From assembly GCA_964560145.1 (NCBI GenBank), contig CAZLKS010000002.1, forward strand, positions 1-48,532: 48,532 nucleotides of DNA, read 5' to 3'. The position numbers and the translations under genes are program-made. Below are positions 1-9,136 of the stretch, one piece after another. The stretch comes from an uncultured Candidatus Saccharibacteria bacterium. GTDB taxonomy: Bacteria > Patescibacteriota > Minisyncoccia > UBA6257 > 1-14-0-10-44-23. Under the pieces are notes generated by a model. That model saw nothing but the letters and a program-made list of their open reading frames with translations, was not told the origin of the DNA and did no database searches. Position 1 is the stretch's first letter, and every line of letters begins with the position of its first letter.

Positions 1-1
1 C

Positions 2-1222
2 TTGAATTCGGCAGTAAGTGAATCAAACTATCCGACAAATAATATGTCGATGGCTGGCAATGTGCTTTTGATGCATATGAATGATACCAGTGGAGCCGTT
101 ACTGACACCTCCGGTAACGCAAACAATGGCACGATATATGGCACAGTGGCATACAACGCCCCTGGACTACTCAGAACCTCGCTTCTATTCAGCGGCACTT
201 CGAACAGCTACGTGCGAGCGAACAACGCGACGAACCTCAACCTGCCAAACACGGGAGGGACGGTAATGCTCTGGATAAAGCCAACCATCACGAACACCTC
301 CCTACCGCAAAACAGCGGCATGGGAATTCTGCGTAAGCCAGACTATAACGGCAACCTTGCCGCCCCCGGCGGATACGGCTTAGAAATTTATAGAAACCTC
401 ACTACAAGTCCAGCTAACATTAAAATGTCACTCGGATGGAATAGCGGACTCGCCAACTCTACCCAATCACTGACTGGCGCGACGAATATTCAATCAGGAA
501 ACTGGTACCACGTCGCTATGACCTGGAACGCGACCACGATGAACATCTACGTTAATGGCGTACTTGATGCAACAGCCGCTCGTACAACTGGTCCGCTCAA
601 CTGGGCGAATGGAACCGAGAAGCTCTACATTGGCCACGCCAACGCCGCCGTATCATCTGGCTATTATTGGTACAACGGCTGGATGGATGAAATAGCATTC
701 TTCAGCCGTCAGCTCTCCCCCGCCGAAATCATGTCTTCCTATCAACGCGGAGCATTCCACCCTAAGATTCGCATTCGTAGCTGCAATGACGCCGCTTGCT
801 CTGGTGAAACATTTGTTGGCCCCGATGGCACCGCGAACACCTACTTCAGTGACGAAAACAACACAACACCCACGCCACCCTCTTCTTCTCCAAGCGTGCC
901 CGCTAACCAGTACTTCCAGTATCAAGCAATTCTCGATACTGATTCAACGCTCTACGGACCAGAAATCACCAATGTTAGCGGTGCCAATGACGGTGACGGT
1001 GCAGTAGTCATAAGCGGAACAAGCACGACCGATACTACCGCTGAGGCCTGCCTTGATTTAACCTCACAGCTTGTACCAACGTTTATTACATCGCTTCCGT
1101 TTGACCCACAAACCGGCTCACTCGCAAAAAGTTATTACGCAGTCAGAAAAGTCGGCATGGACGGCATCACCGTTCGCGCCTGCTCCCCCGAACTCGGAAA
1201 GAGCATTCAAGTCGTGCAGTAG
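2..1222 (+). CDS. LamG/concanavalin-A-like lectin domain surface protein, 5' end cut by window edge
   Basis: The ORF is open to the window start. It has the LamG-type pattern (GNANNGTIYG..LFSGTSNSYV..WYHVAMTW..MNIYVNG..WMDEIAFFSRQLSPAEI), paralogous to the N-terminal repeats of the 1874-aa protein at 16195..21819. Confidence 0.7.
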   Translation: MNSAVSESNYPTNNMSMAGNVLLMHMNDTSGAVTDTSGNANNGTIYGTVAYNAPGLLRTSLLFSGTSNSYVRANNATNLNLPNTGGTVMLWIKPTITNTSLPQNSGMGILRKPDYNGNLAAPGGYGLEIYRNLTTSPANIKMSLGWNSGLANSTQSLTGATNIQSGNWYHVAMTWNATTMNIYVNGVLDATAARTTGPLNWANGTEKLYIGHANAAVSSGYYWYNGWMDEIAFFSRQLSPAEIMSSYQRGAFHPKIRIRSCNDAACSGETFVGPDGTANTYFSDENNTTPTPPSSSPSVPANQYFQYQAILDTDSTLYGPEITNVSGANDGDGAVVISGTSTTDTTAEACLDLTSQLVPTFITSLPFDPQTGSLAKSYYAVRKVGMDGITVRACSPELGKSIQVVQ

Positions 1223-1403
1223 CAAGTAATTGTAGTTGGTAGTACACCAGCACAATATTGGGTGGCCAGTAGGCGAGGATTTTTGCGCAAGGGCAAGGCC
1301 TGCCGGCAGGCAGGAATCAAGCCGTGAGTCGTAGGTCAAATCCTACGACGGAACGGGTAGCGCAGCGCCAGCGATAAAGATAGAACGCAGAAAGACAAGT
1401 TTA

Positions 1404-1531
1404 TGGTGCTCTCGCTAGGAATCGCCCTCGACTCAACTGCGTGCCGTCGCACTCAGTTGGTCTGGGTACCGCCTCATTCATTTTTCTTGGTAGAAAAATG
1501 AACTCCGGCGATTCGATTCCTAGCGAGAGCA
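1404..1531. repeat. Inverted repeat built from copies of the tRNA-Arg 3' end (T-loop/acceptor fragment)
   Basis: 1407..1424 (tgctctcgctaggaatcg, preceded by tgg, which reads CCA on the minus strand) is identical to 1562..1579 of the intact tRNA. 1512..1531 (ttcgattcctagcgagagca) is the exact reverse complement of 1562..1581. An internal 10-bp hairpin lies at 1477..1502. No complete cloverleaf can be folded from either copy. Confidence 0.6.
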
Positions 1532-1535
1532 AAGC

Positions 1536-1560
1536 AAAAACCGGCCTATGCCGGTCTTTT
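1536..1560. terminator. Bidirectional intrinsic-terminator-like hairpin
   Basis: aaaaa-ccggc-ctat-gccgg-tctttt: the stem is flanked by an A-run and a T-run, directly 3' of the minus-strand tRNA. Confidence 0.6.
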
Positions 1561-1561
1561 G

Positions 1562-1633
1562 TGCTCTCGCTAGGAATCGAACCTAGATTTGCCACTTCGC
1601 AGGCGGCTGTCCTATCCATTGAACGACAAGAGC
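1562..1633 (-). tRNA. tRNA-Arg, anticodon GCG (72 nt, CCA not encoded)
   Basis: Hand-folded cloverleaf on the minus strand: acceptor GCTCTTG/CGAGAGC, D-stem GTTC/GGAC, anticodon stem GCCGC/GTGGC with loop CTGCGAA, T-arm CTAGG-TTCGATT-CCTAG, discriminator A. Confidence 0.85.
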
Positions 1634-1688
1634 GTTTGAATATTATCCATGATTATGGCATAAAAATCAAATGTATTACCCGTATCCG

Positions 1689-2156
1689 TTACAAACGAAG
1701 CCACCTTGCCATAGTATCAGCAATCGCCGGCGTATATTCAAACGGATGCATCTTTGTTGATAAAAGCTGCCGCATCTGATCCATCTTGTCCCGCGGAACA
1801 AGCACTTTTGAATACTGCTGGAACTTTTTTGCCGGACGCATAACAAGCTCAACGTGCTGCCCACCTAAATCAAAAAATGCATAACCGTTCACGTCCGTAA
1901 AAGGCCGAACCAACTTATCATCAAACAAGAGACCCTCATCGGTAAATGCATACACGTGCTCTGCTGGCCCGGCGTGGCCAAGAAGTAAGATTACTACTTC
2001 GGCGATAACAATGAAAAGTGCGAATAAAATATTTTCTTGAATGAAAGCAACCACCACCAGTAGCAGTGCAATTACCATACTCCAAAGATACCAGGCCGAA
2101 CTACGCTCAGCCTCTTCAAATTCGGGAGCCTGCCACGAAATAATGCGAGAACTCAT
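1689..2156 (-). CDS. Hypothetical membrane protein (two N-terminal TM helices plus a soluble C-terminal domain)
   Basis: 155-aa ORF with a hydrophobic stretch WYLWSMVIALLLVVVAFIQENILFALFIVIAEVVILLL. I recognise no family motif. Confidence 0.55.
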   Translation of the reverse strand: MSSRIISWQAPEFEEAERSSAWYLWSMVIALLLVVVAFIQENILFALFIVIAEVVILLLGHAGPAEHVYAFTDEGLLFDDKLVRPFTDVNGYAFFDLGGQHVELVMRPAKKFQQYSKVLVPRDKMDQMRQLLSTKMHPFEYTPAIADTMARWLRL

Positions 2157-2214
2157 AGAGACATTCTACCACCAAACTTAGACAAGCCATAGACGACTGC
2201 GGTAATATTACTGC

Positions 2215-3387
2215 ATGGACACTAAACCATCTCGCTGCGAGTATTGCGGCAATAATCAAGTCTCTCATATTGGCACCCTCACGAACGACTACTTAAGCTT
2301 AATGAACAAGCCGCTTGAGTGGCTTGGCACCAGCGAGCTTGGGCGATTGCTCGAGAAATACTTGATACGCCTAGCTCCGCCACTCGTCGCCATTGGCGAA
2401 CGTTTTGGCATTCTTCGTTTTAGCGACGATATCGAAAAAGCACCAAATGATCGCTCGCGTGTCATTTGGGAAGAAGCACAGCGTCGAGGCATCAAAATGC
2501 GACAATTCATGGTCGGCAAAAGACCGATTGATTTCTATGAAGCGAAACTGCCGAACCGAACAATTCTTTTCGAGAGTCTCCCCGTCCCAACCGAGCTACA
2601 AACATCGGCTATTCGCTGGATGGACGACAAGCTCAAGCTAAAAAAGAAACTTATGGAGGCAGGTATCCCTGTTGCTCGCGGCGACGCTTTCACCACATTC
2701 GCAGCAATGCGAAATCTGTTCCGCAAAATCGACAAACCCGTCATCGTCAAACCCGCAGTTGGTTCGCGCGGACGACACACCACCACCTTCATCTACACCG
2801 AAAATCAACTCAAAAAAGCTTTTGATATTGGTAAGCAAATTTCGCGACGCCTCGTCATGGAAGAGCACCTTATCGGCAGCGTGTATCGTGCCACGATTAT
2901 CGGTGGCAAACTCGTTGGCGTACTACGTGGCGATCCGCCGCGTATCACCGGCGATGGCACAAGCACCGTCACTGAACTAATCAAGATAAAAAACGATACA
3001 CGACACCCAGAGGTAAAAGAGTTCAAACCAACTGACCACACCAAAGAATTCTTAGCACGTAACAACATCACCCTCGAAACTGTTTTACCCAAAGGAAAAA
3101 CAATTGATTTAACTGAAAAGATTGGTGCTAGCTACGGTGGCTATCGCGCCGAAGAGTCCCACATTTGCCATCCGAAAATTAAAGCCACGCTCGAAGCAGC
3201 TGGCCGCGTCGTTGATTACCCGACTATGGGCTTCGACTTCATCATCAAAGACGTCACCAAAGACCCCGATACGCAAAAATGGGGCATCATCGAGTGCAAC
3301 TCGCTCCCCTTCATTGATTTACACCACCACCCGTTCGAAGGACCAGCCATAAACGTCGCTGCCTACGTTTGGGACTTCTGGAAATAA
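2215..3387 (+). CDS. ATP-grasp domain ligase (RimK/cyanophycin-synthetase-like)
   Basis: ATP-grasp pattern KPVIVKPAVGSRGRHTT..EEHLIGSVYRATIIGGKLVGVLRGDPPRITGDGTSTV..WGIIECNSLPFIDLHH, with an N-terminal CxxC (CEYCG). Confidence 0.75.
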   Translation: MDTKPSRCEYCGNNQVSHIGTLTNDYLSLMNKPLEWLGTSELGRLLEKYLIRLAPPLVAIGERFGILRFSDDIEKAPNDRSRVIWEEAQRRGIKMRQFMVGKRPIDFYEAKLPNRTILFESLPVPTELQTSAIRWMDDKLKLKKKLMEAGIPVARGDAFTTFAAMRNLFRKIDKPVIVKPAVGSRGRHTTTFIYTENQLKKAFDIGKQISRRLVMEEHLIGSVYRATIIGGKLVGVLRGDPPRITGDGTSTVTELIKIKNDTRHPEVKEFKPTDHTKEFLARNNITLETVLPKGKTIDLTEKIGASYGGYRAEESHICHPKIKATLEAAGRVVDYPTMGFDFIIKDVTKDPDTQKWGIIECNSLPFIDLHHHPFEGPAINVAAYVWDFWK

Positions 3388-3401
3388 CTTTCTCCGCCAA
3401 G

Positions 3402-4169
3402 ATGCCGCTTCCCTATTCCGACAAGGCTCTACCGAACTTCACAGCGCAGAGAGCACGGCTGAGCCAACCACTACCACCAATCAAAGATACTGGCGAAGGC
3501 TGCCAAGATGCAGACAGCGCCCCCTGGAACATAGCCGGCTCCTGTTATTACGCCGAGACAAATAATCCACCGTATTTTGCGGCGGCACCTGGAGCAGAAA
3601 AACAAATACTCCTGCGAACCGGTGTGCTAAACCGACTACAACTCGTCAATCAGGAGTTTAACAAAAGTGGCCTTGAAATTTTCTGTTATGACGGCTGGCG
3701 ACCGCAAAGTGTCCAACGGTACTATCGCAACATCTGGGTTCCGAATTACTTACGACACAAAAATCCGGCTCTTTCAGAGAGCGAGATACAGCAACAGGCA
3801 AGTATCTACTGGTCTACCGCCTACCCCTCCGAAGACGAAGTACCGAAAGATAATCCACCACCACACTCAACGGGCGGAGCCGTCGATGTAACGATTCGCA
3901 CGATTAAAACAGGTGAGATGCTCTTTATGGGCTCCACCTTCGACGACCCATCCCCAATTTCGATGACTGAGCATTTTGAAATCGATTCTGGTAACCCGTC
4001 TTCGACCAAGCTGGCTCGTGCCAACAGACGCCTCTTATACTGGGCAATGATCGAAGCCGGATTCGTTAATTATCCAAACGAGTGGTGGCACTACTCGTAC
4101 GGCGACCAAGAATGGGCGGCACAAACCAACTCCCCGTTCGCCATCTACGGTAAGCGAACCACAACCTAA
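3402..4169 (+). CDS. D-alanyl-D-alanine dipeptidase, VanX/DdpX family (peptidase M15)
   Basis: Zinc and catalytic signatures H-x6-D (PHSTGGAVD) and ExxH (NEWWHYSYGD). The ATG at 3402 is preferred over the TTG at 3369, which overlaps the upstream gene. Confidence 0.85.
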   Translation: MPLPYSDKALPNFTAQRARLSQPLPPIKDTGEGCQDADSAPWNIAGSCYYAETNNPPYFAAAPGAEKQILLRTGVLNRLQLVNQEFNKSGLEIFCYDGWRPQSVQRYYRNIWVPNYLRHKNPALSESEIQQQASIYWSTAYPSEDEVPKDNPPPHSTGGAVDVTIRTIKTGEMLFMGSTFDDPSPISMTEHFEIDSGNPSSTKLARANRRLLYWAMIEAGFVNYPNEWWHYSYGDQEWAAQTNSPFAIYGKRTTT

Positions 4170-4212
4170 TCATCCTGACTGCATTGCCCCCGCATCATCC
4201 CGCCCTCTTCGT

Positions 4213-4266
4213 GTCATCCTGCTTATCCTGAACCTGCTAAAGGAAGCTCGTCGAAGGAACTTATCC
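4213..4266 (+). repeat. Small hairpin element of the GTCATYC...GAAnnATCC type (copy 1)
   Basis: gtcatcctg...cgaaggaacttatcc. It shares termini with the copies at 4594, 29276 (minus strand) and 32723. Confidence 0.4.
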
Positions 4267-4280
4267 ACCATATTGTCCCG

Positions 4281-4309
4281 TTGACGTTATACCCCCTAGG
4301 GGGTATACT
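4281..4309 (+). promoter_or_regulatory. csoR/cop promoter with a CsoR-type operator palindrome
   Basis: The arrangement is TTGACG (4281..4286), a 17-nt spacer, then TATACT (4304..4309). The spacer is filled by the perfect palindrome tataccccctagggggtata (4288..4307), a G/C tract flanked by AT as in known CsoR operators. Confidence 0.65.
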
Positions 4310-4317
4310 AATGGCAT

Positions 4318-4578
4318 ATGCAAAAACAACCACCGCTTATTCGTCGTCTTAAAATTATCGAGGGTCAGGTTCGTGGCCTACAGCGCATGGTAGAAGAAGA
4401 TAAGTACTGCATCGACATCATCACGCAAACCTCCGCCATCAAACAGTCACTTTCCAATATCGAAGACGTACTTATGGAGGGACACTTGGGACACTGTGCT
4501 GTGAATCAAATCAAAGCCGGTAAAACAGAGAAGGCTGTCAGCGAGATTCTTAAAGTATATAAATTAAAACGGAGGTAA
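4318..4578 (+). CDS. csoR: CsoR/RcnR-family metal-sensing transcriptional repressor
   Basis: IEGQVRGLQRMVEEDKYCIDIITQTSAIKQSL..GHLGHC is the typical CsoR helix bundle with Cys/His ligands. The gene lies upstream of copA. Confidence 0.9.
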   Translation: MQKQPPLIRRLKIIEGQVRGLQRMVEEDKYCIDIITQTSAIKQSLSNIEDVLMEGHLGHCAVNQIKAGKTEKAVSEILKVYKLKRR

Positions 4579-4593
4579 CTTTGCGAAGGCAAA

Positions 4594-4653
4594 GTTATCC
4601 TGCTCGCCCGCCGTATCCATAGGCGAAGGCGGGAGTCACCAGACGAAGAATCC
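4594..4653 (+). repeat. Small hairpin element of the GTCATYC...GAAnnATCC type (copy 2)
   Basis: gttatcctgctcg-cccgcc...ggcggg-...cgaagaatcc, with an inner 6-bp hairpin. Confidence 0.4.
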
Positions 4654-4672
4654 ATTCAATAAAAACAAATCC

Positions 4673-5239
4673 ATGAAAACAATCTCACTCCCCCTTTCGC
4701 TATCGTTCATAGCTGTCGCCCTTATCGCCGGTATCGCCATCGGTTACTTTGCCACGCCGGAGTATCGACAAAACATGTATGCAAGCGCTCAAATGAATCT
4801 TGGTCCGGCAGACCGCTGGATAGACGAGCGATATATCGATGCGATGATTGCTCATCACCGTGGCGCCATTTTAGTGGCGGAGCAGGCTTCAAAAAACTCA
4901 ACCCATAGTGAAATAAAGAATCTGGCCTCTGAAATCATCGCCAACGAGCCAAAGCTAATTACCGAACTCTATCAGTGGAAAAAGGACTGGTACGGCAGCG
5001 ACCGTACCGTTAAAGACCCCATTATGCCGAATCTTGGCTCAGCCGACAGCACCTTTGACCTGCGTTTCTTAAATGCAGTTATCTCCCACCACGAGGCAGG
5101 TATCATAATGACCAAAGAGGTTCGCCTTAAATCCACTCGCAGCGAAGTGTTAAATAATGCTGATGCCGTAGAGCAGTTCTTGGCTGGTGGCATTACGATG
5201 CTCAAGGGCTGGCGGACTAGCTGGTACAACGTTCAATAA
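4673..5239 (+). CDS. DUF305 family protein (copper-associated, duplicated HH motif)
   Basis: N-terminal TM/signal segment. Two repeats carry AHHRGAI and SHHEAGI, as in DUF305. Confidence 0.85.
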   Translation: MKTISLPLSLSFIAVALIAGIAIGYFATPEYRQNMYASAQMNLGPADRWIDERYIDAMIAHHRGAILVAEQASKNSTHSEIKNLASEIIANEPKLITELYQWKKDWYGSDRTVKDPIMPNLGSADSTFDLRFLNAVISHHEAGIIMTKEVRLKSTRSEVLNNADAVEQFLAGGITMLKGWRTSWYNVQ

Positions 5240-5250
5240 CCGCTTCGCAC

Positions 5251-7509
5251 ATGTATATGGAACAAAAAAATATTAAGGTTCACGGCATGCATTGTGCCAG
5301 TTGCGAACAAATCATCGCCAAGAAAGTCGGTAAGTTGCCCGGCGTAACAAGCGTGAGCGCAAGCTTTGCCAGCGAAACAGCCAGTATCTCTTTTGACCCT
5401 ACGCAGACGAGCATTGAATCGATGAACGAAACGCTTAAACAATACGGTTACTCTTTTGACGCGCCCAAACATGTTGACCATGCAGGTAACACAACTACCG
5501 GCACAGACCCCCATGCGAATCACGACTCGTCGCATGCACACACGCAGTTTGCCACGCCGATAACCGTCGCCGTTTTTCTCGCGATGGTCTGGGATATAGG
5601 ACACCGCTTCTATCCGGCAACTATTCCCGCCTTCCCTATCCCGATGGGCATTTTTAACCCAACCTCGCTTGCCCTCTCTACCGTCTTCCTCTTCTGGATT
5701 GGCCAGCCGTTCCTAGTCGCCGTCGGTCGCTTCATCCGCTACGGCACTGCTGGCATGGACACGCTCGTTGGCATCGGTACATCAGTCGCCTACCTCTACA
5801 GTGCGCTCGTTCTCCTCTTCCCCGCTTTTGGCAAACTGATTAACGCACCTGAAGGACTCTATTTTGATGTCACCATCGTTGTCATTGGTTTCATCACGCT
5901 TGGAAAATATTTAGAAGCAAACGCCAAACGTCGTACGGGAGATGCAATCAAGAAGCTGCTCGGTCTGCAGGTAAAGACCGCGCTCGTGCTTCGTAATGGT
6001 AAAGAACAAGAGCTGCCAATTGACCAGGTGGTTGCTGGTGACCTTGTACTTGTTCGACCTGGCATGAAGATTCCGGTGGACGGAGTCATCACCGAAGGCA
6101 GTTCGTCGATTGACGAGGCGATGCTCACTGGCGAACCAATGCCGGTAGACAAAAAATCTGGTGACAAGGTTTCCGCCGGAACGATTAATACGACTGGCTC
6201 GTTTACCATCAGAGCAATCGGCGTCGGCAATGACACGCTCCTCGCCCACATCATTAAGTTGGTGCAGGAGTCGCAAAGCTCTAAGGCACTGATTCAGCGC
6301 CTTGTCGACAGAATCTCTGGCATCTTCGTTCCAACTGTTCTAGTTATCGCCGCACTCACCCTCATCGCCTGGCTCGTTATTGGTAGCCAGTTCATGCCCT
6401 TTGGCAGTGCTCTTTCGCTCGGCATCATCTGCATGGTCGGCATTCTAGTCATCGCCTGCCCGTGTGCACTCGGACTTGCTACCCCAACCGCCATAATCGT
6501 TGGTGTCGGCAAAGGTGCCACCAGCGGCATTCTTATCAAGAACGCTGAAGCGCTAGAAAAACTGCACCACGTACGCGCTCTCATCATAGACAAAACTGGC
6601 ACGCTTACCGTCGGCAAACCATCAGTCACACACATCAATACGGATGGACTGACCGAAATCGAAGCACTAACGATTCTTGCCTCACTCGAAAAGTCGTCAG
6701 AGCATCCACTAGCACAGAGCATTGTTATCTATGCAGCCAGTAAAAACATACCGCTAAAATCAATAAGCAACTTTGAAAATCTTCCGGGTCGCGGCGTGCG
6801 TGGAATATTTGATGGCACACAGTACAGCGCCGGTGGCCCCGCTCTACTCGCAGAACTCGGGATAGCACTACCCGTAGCCGACGAAGCCACAAATCATGAG
6901 ACCCTCATATTCCTCGTTAAAGACAAAATGATTCTCGCCACTGCCAGCATTAGCGACACCGTGAAACCGGAGGCAAAAGAGGCGGTTCGCACTCTAACCA
7001 GTGCCGGCATCCGCGTGATTATGGCCACCGGCGATCACGAAGGCGCAGCCAAGCATGTTGCCGCTAAGCTAGGCATTACCGAATACATTGCTCAGGCACT
7101 TCCCGCCGACAAGCTCGCTAAGGTACGAGGTTTGCAAGCCGAAGGACTCTCCGTTGCAGTCGCAGGTGACGGCGTAAATGATGCACCCGCCCTGGCTGGA
7201 GCCGACGTGAGTATTGCCATGTCTACCGGCACCGATGTTTCGATTGAAGCCAGCGACATCACATTGCTTCGTGGCGACATCGCCAAAATCAGCCAGGCCA
7301 TTCGCCTTTCTCGCAGTACGATGCGCACAATCAAACAGAACCTCTTCTGGGCTTTCGCATATAATGTTATAGGCATCCCCCTCGCCGCTGGTCTGCTTTA
7401 CCCATTCCTCGGCATCCTACTCTCCCCTGCTTTCGCCGGCCTAGCCATGGCCTTCTCCTCAGTCTCGGTAGTCGCCAACTCACTTCGATTAAAAAGCGCT
7501 AAACTCTAA
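5251..7509 (+). CDS. copA: Copper-translocating P1B-type ATPase
   Basis: HMA domain [11 protein letters not shown] in the TM helix, DKTGTLT phosphorylation site, TGDH and GDGVNDAP. Confidence 0.95.
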   Translation: MYMEQKNIKVHGMHCASCEQIIAKKVGKLPGVTSVSASFASETASISFDPTQTSIESMNETLKQYGYSFDAPKHVDHAGNTTTGTDPHANHDSSHAHTQFATPITVAVFLAMVWDIGHRFYPATIPAFPIPMGIFNPTSLALSTVFLFWIGQPFLVAVGRFIRYGTAGMDTLVGIGTSVAYLYSALVLLFPAFGKLINAPEGLYFDVTIVVIGFITLGKYLEANAKRRTGDAIKKLLGLQVKTALVLRNGKEQELPIDQVVAGDLVLVRPGMKIPVDGVITEGSSSIDEAMLTGEPMPVDKKSGDKVSAGTINTTGSFTIRAIGVGNDTLLAHIIKLVQESQSSKALIQRLVDRISGIFVPTVLVIAALTLIAWLVIGSQFMPFGSALSLGIICMVGILVIACPCALGLATPTAIIVGVGKGATSGILIKNAEALEKLHHVRALIIDKTGTLTVGKPSVTHINTDGLTEIEALTILASLEKSSEHPLAQSIVIYAASKNIPLKSISNFENLPGRGVRGIFDGTQYSAGGPALLAELGIALPVADEATNHETLIFLVKDKMILATASISDTVKPEAKEAVRTLTSAGIRVIMATGDHEGAAKHVAAKLGITEYIAQALPADKLAKVRGLQAEGLSVAVAGDGVNDAPALAGADVSIAMSTGTDVSIEASDITLLRGDIAKISQAIRLSRSTMRTIKQNLFWAFAYNVIGIPLAAGLLYPFLGILLSPAFAGLAMAFSSVSVVANSLRLKSAKL

Positions 7510-7516
7510 TCATCTT

Positions 7517-8524
7517 ATGAAAACCCACATACTTCATGTTAATGGTATGCACTGCGCCTCCTGCGTTGTCCTAACCGAAGATGCACTCAAGGAGGTATCT
7601 GGCGTAAGCAACGTGCGTGTTGATTTAACCGGGCGAACCGCAACCGTCACCGGCGAGCTACCAGAAACCGCCACCGAGACCGCCGCTCTACTCTCCCCGC
7701 ACATGCCCGCCGGATATTCGTTGTCTATAGAACCGGCAGCCAAAGCGGTTAAGTGGAATGAGTTCATATACGCCCTACCAATCGCCATACTCTTCTTTGT
7801 CGGCTTTTACGCATTACAAAAAACAGGCCTTGTCGAAATTAACGCCGGTAGTGGCATGAGCGTTGGCACGGCACTCGTTATTGGTCTTATCGCATCAGTC
7901 TCAACCTGTCTCGCCGTCGTCGGAGGACTCGTCTTGTCGGTTTCCGTTGCATACGCAAAAACCGGTGACACAAAAAAGCCACAAATCTATTTCCACATCA
8001 GTCGCCTTGTTGCCTTCTTCGTTCTCGGTGGCGTACTCGGTCTTGTCGGAAAGTCACTACAACTCGAATCAACAGGCACTACTATACTGACGACCCTAGT
8101 AGCAGTCATCATGCTTATTCTCGGAGTCAATCTATTGGACATTTTTCATTCTTCCAGTAAGTTCCAGCTGAGCCTACCAAGACACTTCAGCACCCTTATT
8201 CACCGCCTGAAGAATTCGACCAACGCCGCCATGCCGCTACTCCTCGGCGCAGCCACCTTCTTCCTCCCCTGTGGCTTTACTCAGTCAATGCAGGCCTACA
8301 CCCTTACAACCGGCAGCTTCATGACCGGCGGCCTGACCATGCTCGTCTTCGCACTCGGCACGCTACCAGTGCTCGCCCTACTTTCATTCAGTTCGTTTAG
8401 TATTAGCAACAAGCCGTGGCGTGGAGTATTCTTTAAAACAGCCGGAGTCATCGTTATAACCCTCGCCGTAATCAACCTACTCACAACGCTCGCCGTTACT
8501 GGTATCATTGAACCAATCTTCTAA
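7517..8524 (+). CDS. HMA-domain fusion to a DsbD_2/TauE-like multi-pass membrane protein
   Basis: N-terminal GMHCASCV metal-binding domain followed by about 6 TM helices, with FFLPCGFTQSMQ. Confidence 0.75.
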   Translation: MKTHILHVNGMHCASCVVLTEDALKEVSGVSNVRVDLTGRTATVTGELPETATETAALLSPHMPAGYSLSIEPAAKAVKWNEFIYALPIAILFFVGFYALQKTGLVEINAGSGMSVGTALVIGLIASVSTCLAVVGGLVLSVSVAYAKTGDTKKPQIYFHISRLVAFFVLGGVLGLVGKSLQLESTGTTILTTLVAVIMLILGVNLLDIFHSSSKFQLSLPRHFSTLIHRLKNSTNAAMPLLLGAATFFLPCGFTQSMQAYTLTTGSFMTGGLTMLVFALGTLPVLALLSFSSFSISNKPWRGVFFKTAGVIVITLAVINLLTTLAVTGIIEPIF

Positions 8525-8528
8525 CGAC

Positions 8529-8924
8529 ATGAACAAAAACATTATCACGGCAATTATTATCGGGTTCGTTGTCGTTAGTGCGGCAGTATTTTACTCTGGT
8601 GACCGAACTGCGACCACCGAAATCAATCCACCGATTACCGCCGTCATCGATGCCAGCGACAAACAAATCATTGATATCGCCGCCCGTGGCGGCTACTCTC
8701 CCCGCCTCGTCGTAGCCAAGGCTGGTATTGAAACTATCATCCGCGTAGTCACCAAAGACACCTATGACTGCTCCGTGAGCCTCGTCATCCCGAAACTAGA
8801 GTATCGAAAGTTCTTAACTTCAAACGGCACCGAAGACATTATCGTCCCAGCCGAAAAAGCCAAAGGTACCTTGAACGGCCTTTGCAGTATGGGCATGTAC
8901 AGCTTCAAGGTCGTGTTTCAGTAG
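8529..8924 (+). CDS. Cupredoxin-like domain protein (membrane-anchored)
   Basis: TM anchor plus a beta-rich domain ending ..GLCSMGMYSFKVVF. It is the last gene of the copper cluster. The ATG at 8529 is preferred over the overlapping upstream start at 8508. Confidence 0.55.
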   Translation: MNKNIITAIIIGFVVVSAAVFYSGDRTATTEINPPITAVIDASDKQIIDIAARGGYSPRLVVAKAGIETIIRVVTKDTYDCSVSLVIPKLEYRKFLTSNGTEDIIVPAEKAKGTLNGLCSMGMYSFKVVFQ

Positions 8925-8957
8925 CTACAGAAAACGCATTCCGTCCCCAAAACAAAA

Positions 8958-8980
8958 ACAGCCCGTGGGGCTGTTTTTTT
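8958..8980 (+). terminator. Rho-independent terminator of the copper operon
   Basis: cagccc-gtg-gggctg followed by ttttttt. Confidence 0.75.
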
Positions 8981-9136
8981 GACACAAGCTTGGCTTCGCT
9001 TTAGTGTCCCTTCAAGTGTCCAATCATACATACAGTATACCACGCACATATGTATGGTTGTGGATTACTTTAAGTAGCTTCATTGAAGCTAACAGAAGTA
9101 TCAATAACCACACTTTAACGAAGGACCTTTCCTCGC

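Noticed and set aside
1328-1349. T-arm-like hairpin gtcgtagg-tcaaat-cctacgac as part of a tRNA or tmRNA
   Set aside because: The loop is 6 nt rather than 7, and no acceptor, D or anticodon arms can be built on either strand.
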